This document shows, piece by piece, positions 1 through 7,841 of a stretch of 41,368 bases of DNA. The first letter of the stretch is position 1. Each line of letters opens with the position of its first letter. A model generated the notes under the pieces. That model was not told the DNA's origin, ran no database searches, and saw only the letters and a program-made list of their open reading frames with translations. Position numbers and translations under genes: made by a program. The stretch is from Abditibacteriaceae bacterium (GTDB lineage: Bacteria > Armatimonadota > Abditibacteriia > Abditibacteriales > Abditibacteriaceae): assembly GCA_031425655.1 (NCBI GenBank), contig JANPJS010000037.1:1-41368 (forward strand), written 5' to 3'.

Positions 1-783
1 GGCTCCGCCGGCTGCGAGCATCTCCTTCATCAATGGGATATTGGACAGGAGTTTCTCGACCATCGCCGCCTGCTCGGTGCCCTGCTGGGCGAAATCCGCC
101 AGACCGCGCGGTGTGGCATTGGCCAGCAGTGCGGCCTTGATTAATTTTGCATCCAAGTCGGTTTTCGACAGCAACGGGGCCACATTCGTCAGGAGAAACT
201 TGGAGGCGGTGAGTTCATTGGTTCGGGCCTCGGCCAGTGCTTTTTGCGCCGCTTGATTGGCCGTCGCCAACTTCGGTTCGTCCACTTTGGCCTTGTCCAG
301 CACTTCTTGGCGTTCTTTCAGAGCTTTCAGCCCGTCTTCTTTGTTCGCCTGCCACTTGGCCAGCTCTTTTTGGGCGGCGTCGCGTTCGGCATCCGTGGTC
401 GCTTTTTTGAGCGCCGCCTCCGCCTGCGCGATGCCTTTTTCGGCGCCGCCAATCCACTTGCCCTTGGCGTGATCCACCAAAGCTTTGGCCTCGTGAACCT
501 TGCCGAGAGCTTGTTGAGCCGCTTTGGCTTGCGCCTCGGCCACCTTGACCGCGTCACGGGCTTTCTGAAGGGCGATAACATTCTGCTCGTCTATTTTGGG
601 CAGCGCCTTTTCGATTTCCGCCCGCAGGGCCTTGAGCTGCTCCGCGTATTGCGTTTCGAGCTTCTGCCCCGTTTGCGTGAGCGGGGTTTCTGCCGGTTTT
701 GGCGCTGCCGCCGATGTGGTGGTGATGCCGAAAGCCGTTGCCGCCAGCAATGGCAATAGTGCGCACAATGATTTCTTGTTCAT
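1..783 (-). CDS. Secreted hypothetical protein with long Ala/Lys/Glu-rich coiled-coil N-terminal region (3' part runs off the window)
   Basis: Absent from the ORF track because it is open at the edge. My translation from CAT at 781-783 gives MNKKSLCALLPLLAATAFGITTTSAAAPKPAETPLTQTGQKLETQYAEQLKALRAEIEK..., 261 codons with no stop, a signal-peptide-like start and heptad-like helical composition. Confidence 0.8.
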   Translation of the reverse strand, partial: MNKKSLCALLPLLAATAFGITTTSAAAPKPAETPLTQTGQKLETQYAEQLKALRAEIEKALPKIDEQNVIALQKARDAVKVAEAQAKAAQQALGKVHEAKALVDHAKGKWIGGAEKGIAQAEAALKKATTDAERDAAQKELAKWQANKEDGLKALKERQEVLDKAKVDEPKLATANQAAQKALAEARTNELTASKFLLTNVAPLLSKTDLDAKLIKAALLANATPRGLADFAQQGTEQAAMVEKLLSNIPLMKEMLAAGGA

Positions 784-958
784 AATGTCGTGTCCTGGGT
801 TGCCGCGAAACGGCTTGGTTTGTGAAGGAGATGCTGCTTTTGACTCACTAATAGTTGGCTAAGTGTGTAATCGTTAAAGAAATTTTCGTCCAAGAGTGCG
901 TCTGCGGCTATGGAGAAAAGCGTGCCGCCTATGTGTTTTTCCGTTGTCAAAGGGTTTC

Positions 959-1903
959 ATGGATAACGCATGGCTTCTGGAGTGGCCCGATATTAACGCC
1001 TTGTCCGGCACGTTTTTGGGCCGTTTGGAGGTGCGTGTTCTCCTCGCCGATGTCAACGAAATTACGCCCGAAAGCTGGTCGCTACAGTTGGGCACCACGC
1101 ATTGGCGGCTTTATCAGCACGACGCGCCCGGCAGCTATTTGGAAGGTGAATCTTACGAAGCGGGCACTGCCGCGCCACGCTGGGAATTGTTGCCGCGCCG
1201 TGTGTATCTCATTCCGTCCGGCTGCGTGTTGCAAAGTCGCTGCACGGCGCCGCTGCGCCATTTTTACTTGCAATTCGATTTGCCGGATTTCGCGGTGCAA
1301 AGCGTGCAGCGCGAGCTTTTTTCCGGCCCGGTTGAGGTGCCGCCGTGCGAAGGTTTCGAGGCCAGCGTTATGGCGCTCGCCGATGTTATCGCCGCTGAAG
1401 CCGGTGCCTTGCGCGACATCAGTTGCATCAGTCCGGCGCGCGAATGCTGGGTGCGCGGCGTGATTTGCGAAGCGCTGGGGCGTTATCTTTCGGCGGTGCC
1501 AACAGAAAATCTGACGCGCTATCGCGGACGCCTGCTCGAATTGCGTCCGTTTTTGCCTGCACTGGCGCACATCAACGCGCATCTGGGCGAAGTGCTTTGC
1601 AACCGCGACCTCGCGGCGCTTTGCAACATGAGCGAGGATTATTTTATTCGTCGCTTTCGCATGGCTGCCGGCGTGCCGCCCGCGCGATACATAGCGCAGC
1701 GCCGCATCGCCCGCGCCACCGAACTGCTGCTGACCACTGATTTTGGCATCGAACTCATCGCCGAAACCACGGGGTTTTGCGACCGCCACTATTTCACGCG
1801 CGCCTTCGCCCGCGCCACGGGCCGCACTCCCGCCGCGTTGCGGCGCGACGATGGCTGGTCGCTCAGGACTGAACTTGCCCCTATAAAACAGACAGGTAAA
1901 TAG
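959..1903 (+). CDS. AraC-family transcriptional regulator
   Basis: C-terminal double HTH (LAALCNMSEDYFIRRFR...IAETTGFCDRHYFTRAFARATGRTP) and a cupin-like N-terminus. ATG at 959 after AAAGGG is preferred over the GTG at 896. Confidence 0.92.
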   Translation: MDNAWLLEWPDINALSGTFLGRLEVRVLLADVNEITPESWSLQLGTTHWRLYQHDAPGSYLEGESYEAGTAAPRWELLPRRVYLIPSGCVLQSRCTAPLRHFYLQFDLPDFAVQSVQRELFSGPVEVPPCEGFEASVMALADVIAAEAGALRDISCISPARECWVRGVICEALGRYLSAVPTENLTRYRGRLLELRPFLPALAHINAHLGEVLCNRDLAALCNMSEDYFIRRFRMAAGVPPARYIAQRRIARATELLLTTDFGIELIAETTGFCDRHYFTRAFARATGRTPAALRRDDGWSLRTELAPIKQTGK

Positions 1904-1977
1904 GAGCTGTTGTGTATTGGCCTGACACGCCAGCTCCAAAGCAATTGGGCATTTGTTGCGCAATGTGCCACGATCTC

Positions 1978-2007
1978 TTGACAGGCTCGGCTTCGTCGTC
2001 TTATATT
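1978..2007 (+). promoter_or_regulatory. sigma70-type promoter for the LacI gene/operon
   Basis: TTGACA at 1978-1983, 18-bp spacer, TATATT at 2002-2007. Confidence 0.65.
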
Positions 2008-2032
2008 TGACACGTGCCACTAACACGAGTCA
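2008..2032. promoter_or_regulatory. Tandem putative LacI-family operators
   Basis: Two CG-centred quasi-palindromes, TGACACGTGCCA (2008-2019) and TAACACGAGTCA (2021-2032), directly after the -10 box. A central CG is typical of LacI-family operators. Confidence 0.55.
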
Positions 2033-3078
2033 ACGAATTAATTGCAGATGAAAACAGGCACGCTAATCGGCCTGTCAGTTCGGCGGATGTGGCGCGCGAA
2101 GCGGGTGTTTCGCGCACCACGGTTTCATATGTGCTGAATGGGCGAACAGATTTAGCGATTCCCGAAAAGACGCGCAAACGGGTTTTGGAAGCCGCCGCGC
2201 AACTTGGCTATCGCAATCATCCGATTGCGCGAGCTTTGAAAACGGGGCGCACGCATTTAATCGGCTTATGGCTGGCGCAATTGCACACGCCGTGGGTGGG
2301 TTTGTTGCAGCGCACTTTTTATCATGTGCTGCGCCACGACGGTTACACGCCAGTGGCGCTGGATTTAGGGGTTCAGCACGAGGAACAAGTCGCTGGCGAG
2401 GAAACGCTGGCACGTTTGCCGTTGGATGGCGCCTTTGTCAACGCTTACAGCGCTTTGGCGCAGCGCAGCGGCGAGGGATTGCTGCCGTTAGTCGCCATTG
2501 GTGCGGAGCCGGAGCATCAACTGCCGTTGGATAGCGTGGGGCTGGATTTTGGGCCGGGTGTGCAGACGGCCTTAGAACATCTCATAGCCGCCGGGCGGAA
2601 GCGAGTCGCTTATTTGTTCAATGGCGAACGTCCATTTTATGATGTGCGTGGCGGGACTTATGAAACGATGCTACGTGAAGCCGGACAAGCGCCGTGTTTG
2701 ATGTCGGCAAAAGCTAATTCGCGCGCCGATGCTTACGAGGCTCTGACCGTTGCATGGCGACGCGGCGAGCGGCCCGATGCGGTGTTTTGCTACAACGACG
2801 AACTGGCAATCGGCGCGCAAGCAGCGCTTTTCGATTCGGGTGTGCGCGTGCCCGACGATGTGGCCCTCATCGGCTGCGACGGCGTGCCCGAAGGTGAATT
2901 TTTGCGTCCCCGTTTGCAGTCGGTGGCGATTCCCACCGAAGAACTTTGCGCGCAGGCGTGGCAGTTTTTGCAGGAGCGCATCGCCGACCCCAAACGCCCG
3001 CTGCAACAAGCCATGCTGACACCGCGTTTTGTGCTGCACAATACTAAAAAGGATACCCCCATTTTCAAAGAACCATGA
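2014..3078 (+). CDS. LacI-family transcriptional regulator
   Basis: SSADVAREAGVSRTTVSYVLN HTH, ARAL hinge helix, and sugar-binding domain motifs (DAVFCYNDELAIG, VRVPDDVALIGCD). Confidence 0.95.
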   Translation: MPLTRVNELIADENRHANRPVSSADVAREAGVSRTTVSYVLNGRTDLAIPEKTRKRVLEAAAQLGYRNHPIARALKTGRTHLIGLWLAQLHTPWVGLLQRTFYHVLRHDGYTPVALDLGVQHEEQVAGEETLARLPLDGAFVNAYSALAQRSGEGLLPLVAIGAEPEHQLPLDSVGLDFGPGVQTALEHLIAAGRKRVAYLFNGERPFYDVRGGTYETMLREAGQAPCLMSAKANSRADAYEALTVAWRRGERPDAVFCYNDELAIGAQAALFDSGVRVPDDVALIGCDGVPEGEFLRPRLQSVAIPTEELCAQAWQFLQERIADPKRPLQQAMLTPRFVLHNTKKDTPIFKEP

Positions 3079-4817
3079 AACCGACCTTTAGTTTGCTGTG
3101 CGGATTTCTCTTGACGGTGTTGTGCCCGTCGTTCAGTTCACGGGCTGCGACTGAGCCGGCATTCCCTACGCCGCCGGAACTCTGGAAGGACTTCGACCCC
3201 GACAAAGGCGATTTCAAAGAAGAAATCGTCGCCGAGCAAACCAAGAACGGCGCTTACTCCCGCGACAGCTACATCAGCGCCTATGTGCTTGGCGAGGAAA
3301 TTCGCGTCTTCTGCAAATATGCGGTCAAGGCGGGTGCTCAAAACGCGCCCGGCTTGCTCAATGTGCATGGTTGGATGGCAACTGCCAACATTGACCAGAG
3401 CTATGTGGATGACGGCTGGGCCGAGATGTCCTTCGATTATTGCGGCAAATCAGGCAATCGCGAGCAGTTCACCAAATACCCGGACAAGATGGACTACGGG
3501 CAAATGGAAGGCAAGGTTATCCACTCCAAGCTGCCTGATGGAAAGGATATTACCGACCCCAAACAAACATCGCATTATCTGTGGTTCGCCATTCAGCGCC
3601 GCGTTTTGAGCTACCTACTGGCGCAAAAAGAGGTGGACAAGACGCGCATTGGCGCGAAGGGCTATTCCTACGGCGGCACTCTGATGTGGAATCTCGGCAT
3701 GGATGCGAGGGTGAAGGCGATTGTCTCCTACTTTGGCATCGGTTGGATTGAATACTATCGCAATCGCGCGGTTTGGATGTATAAGCAGCCCAATCAAGAG
3801 CCGCCCATGACGCCGGGAGAAAAGCTGTTTCTGGCGACGGTCGAATCGCAGTCACACGCGCCCTACATCACGGCGGCGACTTTGTGGCTGAACGGCTCCA
3901 ACGATCATCATGGTGGCCACGAACGCGGCGAACAATCCTTCAAGATGTTCAAGCCGAATGTGCCGTGGTCATTTGCCATTCAAGCGCGCGGACATCATAA
4001 CACCGAAAAGCTCGGCGGCGACTGCAAACTCTGGCTCGACAAATATGTTCTTGGCAAAGACATCGCTTGGCCCGCGCGACCAAAATCGGAAATCGTGCTG
4101 GACAAAGATGGCGTGCCAGAACTGCGTGTGACGCCAACTTCGCCAGAGCGTATTCAGGAGTTGAAGATGTATTACGCGCTCAAAGAGCCGACCAACTTCG
4201 CCCGCTCGTGGCGCGATGCGCAAGCCGTCCAAGTTGGCAACGTGTGGACAGCAAAAATGCCGGTTCTCAATGTGGACGACTACGTTTTCGGCTACGCGAA
4301 CATTCGCTACGACAACAACATCGTCTTATCGTCCGACTTCAACGCGGCGATTCCTTCAAAACTCGGCAAGGCGATGGCCACCGACAAACCAACTGATCTT
4401 ATTTCCCAAGGTGCGGGCGCTTGGACGGAGGTAGTTCCGGTGGAAGGCGTGGGCGGTGTTCAAGGATTTCGCGCCCTCAACAACGCGCAGGGCACTCAAA
4501 ACGACCAGTTCGCCGACCCGAAGTGGAAAGCGCCCATCAACGCACAATTGTCATTGCGCTTCTACTGCACCGAGCCACAAAAGCTAACTCTGGTGGCAAA
4601 CGGCCGATATGAAATGCCACTCAACATCACCGCTTCGGACGAGTGGCAAAGCCTTGTCATCGCGGCAGTCAAGCTGACCAACCAACAAAACCAACAGCCC
4701 TTGCCCGATTGGTCGAATGTTCTGGAGGTGCGGATCAAGCCCCAGAAAGGTTCGGACATCACCAAGGTCATCTTTGCCCAGTTCAAATGGGTGTCGCCGC
4801 CAGCCAAACAGCCATGA
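3075..4817 (+). CDS. Secreted alpha/beta-hydrolase (dienelactone hydrolase / acetyl-esterase-like) with C-terminal beta-sandwich domain
   Basis: Signal peptide, PGLLNVHGW oxyanion region, GYSYGG nucleophile elbow, downstream Asp (GSNDHH) and His (RGHHN). ATGA overlap with the LacI gene. Confidence 0.8.
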   Translation: MKPTFSLLCGFLLTVLCPSFSSRAATEPAFPTPPELWKDFDPDKGDFKEEIVAEQTKNGAYSRDSYISAYVLGEEIRVFCKYAVKAGAQNAPGLLNVHGWMATANIDQSYVDDGWAEMSFDYCGKSGNREQFTKYPDKMDYGQMEGKVIHSKLPDGKDITDPKQTSHYLWFAIQRRVLSYLLAQKEVDKTRIGAKGYSYGGTLMWNLGMDARVKAIVSYFGIGWIEYYRNRAVWMYKQPNQEPPMTPGEKLFLATVESQSHAPYITAATLWLNGSNDHHGGHERGEQSFKMFKPNVPWSFAIQARGHHNTEKLGGDCKLWLDKYVLGKDIAWPARPKSEIVLDKDGVPELRVTPTSPERIQELKMYYALKEPTNFARSWRDAQAVQVGNVWTAKMPVLNVDDYVFGYANIRYDNNIVLSSDFNAAIPSKLGKAMATDKPTDLISQGAGAWTEVVPVEGVGGVQGFRALNNAQGTQNDQFADPKWKAPINAQLSLRFYCTEPQKLTLVANGRYEMPLNITASDEWQSLVIAAVKLTNQQNQQPLPDWSNVLEVRIKPQKGSDITKVIFAQFKWVSPPAKQP

Positions 4818-7762
4818 GAAATCTTGTTTTTTGCGCCATTTTTACCGCTGTCAACGCGATAAATGTCCACGCCGCGCCCGCCATGCTTTCTACCGACACT
4901 TTTCAATTGCACTTTGCCTCCGATGGCAAACCGGCCTCGCTGCGCGCGGGCACCGACGAACTGCTGAACGTCGCCAATCCCGGCATCGGGTTTTCGCTGT
5001 CTCTCAAAAACGCGCAGGTGCCGCTGACCGATCTTTCGCTGCAAGGCGACAAGCTCATCGCACGCTCGGCCAACGGCACGCAGAGCGTGACTTTTGCGGT
5101 GCATCGCGGCACGCAATATTTGGCGTTTCGCCTCGTGGAACTCAAAGGCGTGCCCGCTTCCAGCCCACTGGCGCTGCAATTTGAGATGAACGCCTCGCCA
5201 CGCGCCCGCGTGCTGGAACTCGATTACATGACGCAAGCGCGCAGCGACGGCGACGGGCCGCGCGTGATGTGGAATTACCTCTTGCACCTCGAAAACAACA
5301 AGGTGCAAGGCGGCTTTGCGCTTTATGTGCGCCAAACCGAAGACGACGAAGACGACGAAGACGACACGCTGCTGCACATCTGGGCCGAAGAAAAACTTCC
5401 GCATCCCAACGTGCCCGGCGAATGGACTTACGAACGCGCCCGCCAATGGATGAAAGAGTGGCAGACGCTTTTCGCCGACCGCAGCCAGATGATTCTCGAA
5501 GGGCAAAGCGTGGCCGAACTGCGCGAGGCAATTCCCTTTGCCGAGCGTGCGCAAATCAAAGAAATCTATCTGTTCACCAACACCTGGCGCACCGACGCCT
5601 TCTGGCCGCGCACCGACACGTCGTGGGGCGTCAATCGCAAGGTTTTCCCGCGCGGCGAAGACGATCTCAAAGCTTTCTCCGATGAACTGCGCGCGAAGGG
5701 CATCCGCCTCAATTTGCATTACGTCAGCGGCGGCATCGGCCCGTTCGACCCGCTTTACGTCGCCGCCAAACCCGACCGCCGCCTCGCCAGTTGGGGCAGC
5801 GGCACCGTGGACGCGACCGACGAAAAAGCCAAGGACTTGGTGTTTCGTCCCGCGCCCGGCGTGGAGTTGCCCTATAAAGGCGATATTTTGGGCCGCCCGC
5901 CCGAAGTGCCGCATTTTTTTGAATTCAACTATTTGCGCCTCGAAAACGAACTGCTGCGTGTTGGCGAATTCGCGCCGCAAAACGACGGCACTTGGCTGCT
6001 GAAAAACTGCACGCGCGGCTTGTTCAACACCAAAGCCATAGCGCACGCGGCGGGTGCCAGCGCCGCCGGGTTGTTTTCGGCCTACGGCCAGAACTTCGTG
6101 CCCGACAACGAGAGCACGCTGCTTAACGAAGTGGCAGGCAACTACGCCGATTTGCTGAACCGCTGCGGCATCGCGCACACCGAATACGATGGCGGCGAGA
6201 TTCACTGTTACAGCGGCGGCTGGGGCTTTGAAAAGTTCGCCACGTTGGTCTACGAAAAGCTCGATCACCCCGTCACTTCGCACACCAGTGGCGGTCGTGC
6301 CCCGCGTTGCCACTTCGAATACCGTCTGAACTCCACGCAGCGCTTGATGCGTGGCAACAACCGCTTCACGCATGGCAACTACGCCGTGCCGCTGCAACTG
6401 GCCGGCAATGCGCGCGTGGCCAGCACGATTTTGGATGCCAATTTCACGCTCAGTCAAGGCAACCTCGGCGGCGCACTCGGCATTAGCAAGCCCGAACCGA
6501 TGTTCGGCATCAACGCGCAAACGCTGCGTGCCCACGGCCTCACCGAGCGATTCATTCAAACCCTGCTCGACTGGAAAGCCATCAGCCGCACGCTGACCGA
6601 CGCGCAGCGCACGCAATTGAACAGTTGGTTCACGCGAACCACCAGCCGGATGCCGGAACATAGCAACCATCCGGTTTCGCCAATTGTGCCGGTGGCGCGA
6701 CGCACGGCCAACAGCGGCTACGAGATTGTGCCGACGCGCGTGCTGACGCGCAAAAGCGGCAACATCGCGTGGCAGCAAGGCCAGGAACACGGCCCGGTTT
6801 CGCCGCGCCATTTCATCAAGCCCGGCGAAGAATTGCTCCTGCAAAATCCCGACGCGCCGCAAACGCCGCATTTCATCGTGCGCGTCGGCTGGGCGCTGGA
6901 TGCCAAAGCGCCCTCGGTGCTACCCGGCAGCGCCACGCCCGCGCCGGTTTCAGCGACCGAACGCCTGAATGACAGCTTCACCGCCGGAAACGTGACCGCC
7001 GCCGTCGTGAATCCGGCCAATGCGGCACCGAACTTTTGGCTGCAACCCACAGCGGCCACGCTGCGCGCTTCGGGCGACACGCGCGCCACTTTTGAGGGCA
7101 ACGCCTTGCGCCTCTCGCAAAACAACGCGCGCGACACCGAACGATGGGAAACCAAACTTTTGCCGTATTGGAACCCCCAACTGGACATGAGCCGCCACCG
7201 CGCGCTTGGCCTCGACATCAGCGGCGATGGCAGCGGTGCCACGCTGCTCTTGCAAATCAACGGGCGCGACTACGTGGTGCCGCTCGACTTCAAAGGCCGC
7301 CGCCACGTGGAAATCCCGCACGGCGAAGCCGCGTGGTCATCCGGCGCGTGGGGCTGGCGTATGGACACCAAACACGCCGATTACACCCGCGTGAGCACCC
7401 TGAAAATCGGCTTCGGCTTCGTGCCGCCGCGCACCAATGCGTCAGTGCTGGTGGAGAATCTGCAAGCGCTCCGCGAAGCGCCCACCACGCTGCAAAACCC
7501 GATTTTTCGCTGCAACGGCGGCACGCTTAGCGTGCAAGGCACCATCGCCAGCGGCCAGTATTTAGAATATTCCGGCGGCGAGCGCGCCACGCTCTACGAT
7601 GAAAACTGGCAGAAAATCCAAGACCTGCCCGTGACGCTGAATAATTTCACCGCGCCCACCGGCGAAGTGAAAATCGCCGTGACGAGCACGCAAACCACGC
7701 CGCTGCCGTGGCTGGAAACGCAGTTTTTGACAGAGGGCACGCCGCTAAAGGTGGGCGGGTGA
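4814..7762 (+). CDS. Large secreted putative glycoside hydrolase (TIM-barrel-like core, family uncertain), 982 aa
   Basis: ATG at 4814 overlaps the upstream stop (ATGA) and gives a signal peptide (MRNLVFCAIFTAVNAINVHA). FPRGEDDLKAFSDELRAKGIRLNLHY and HTEYDGGE resemble clan-D-like (GH27/36-type) barrel motifs. CBM-like C-terminal region. Confidence 0.6.
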   Translation: MRNLVFCAIFTAVNAINVHAAPAMLSTDTFQLHFASDGKPASLRAGTDELLNVANPGIGFSLSLKNAQVPLTDLSLQGDKLIARSANGTQSVTFAVHRGTQYLAFRLVELKGVPASSPLALQFEMNASPRARVLELDYMTQARSDGDGPRVMWNYLLHLENNKVQGGFALYVRQTEDDEDDEDDTLLHIWAEEKLPHPNVPGEWTYERARQWMKEWQTLFADRSQMILEGQSVAELREAIPFAERAQIKEIYLFTNTWRTDAFWPRTDTSWGVNRKVFPRGEDDLKAFSDELRAKGIRLNLHYVSGGIGPFDPLYVAAKPDRRLASWGSGTVDATDEKAKDLVFRPAPGVELPYKGDILGRPPEVPHFFEFNYLRLENELLRVGEFAPQNDGTWLLKNCTRGLFNTKAIAHAAGASAAGLFSAYGQNFVPDNESTLLNEVAGNYADLLNRCGIAHTEYDGGEIHCYSGGWGFEKFATLVYEKLDHPVTSHTSGGRAPRCHFEYRLNSTQRLMRGNNRFTHGNYAVPLQLAGNARVASTILDANFTLSQGNLGGALGISKPEPMFGINAQTLRAHGLTERFIQTLLDWKAISRTLTDAQRTQLNSWFTRTTSRMPEHSNHPVSPIVPVARRTANSGYEIVPTRVLTRKSGNIAWQQGQEHGPVSPRHFIKPGEELLLQNPDAPQTPHFIVRVGWALDAKAPSVLPGSATPAPVSATERLNDSFTAGNVTAAVVNPANAAPNFWLQPTAATLRASGDTRATFEGNALRLSQNNARDTERWETKLLPYWNPQLDMSRHRALGLDISGDGSGATLLLQINGRDYVVPLDFKGRRHVEIPHGEAAWSSGAWGWRMDTKHADYTRVSTLKIGFGFVPPRTNASVLVENLQALREAPTTLQNPIFRCNGGTLSVQGTIASGQYLEYSGGERATLYDENWQKIQDLPVTLNNFTAPTGEVKIAVTSTQTTPLPWLETQFLTEGTPLKVGG
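5339..5365 (+). repeat. In-frame 9-bp tandem repeat (GAAGACGAC)x3 encoding EDDEDDEDD
   Basis: Read directly from the sequence. Confidence 0.9.
7708..7762 (+). repeat. Copy 1 of duplicated 3' end of the 982-aa gene (WLETQFLTEGTPLKVGG*)
   Basis: The first 21 bp (GTGGCTGGAAACGCAGTTTTT) are identical to 9793-9813; the remainder differs mostly at third codon positions. Confidence 0.93.
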
Positions 7763-7796
7763 TGGCGAATTCGTGAACCCGGCGCTTTGTATTTTA

Positions 7797-7815
7797 AGCT
7801 GGAAGCCTGCGCTAC
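7797..7815 (-). repeat. Partial GTAG-type REP element
   Basis: The minus strand reads GTAGCGCAGGCTTCCAGCT, a GTAG tetranucleotide plus one arm of a GCAGGCTTCCAGCCTGC-type hairpin. Confidence 0.45.
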
Positions 7816-7841
7816 AGGATTCGCAGACAATATCAACTTGC

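Noticed and set aside
5339..5365. (GAAGACGAC)3 as a phase-variation switch
   Set aside because: The unit is a multiple of three and the copy number is low, so slippage would not shift the frame.
4562..6871. Long antisense ORFs (769 aa here; also 12533-14281, 17468-18601, 38236-39624)
   Set aside because: These are shadow frames of GC-rich genes on the opposite strand with no recognisable motifs.
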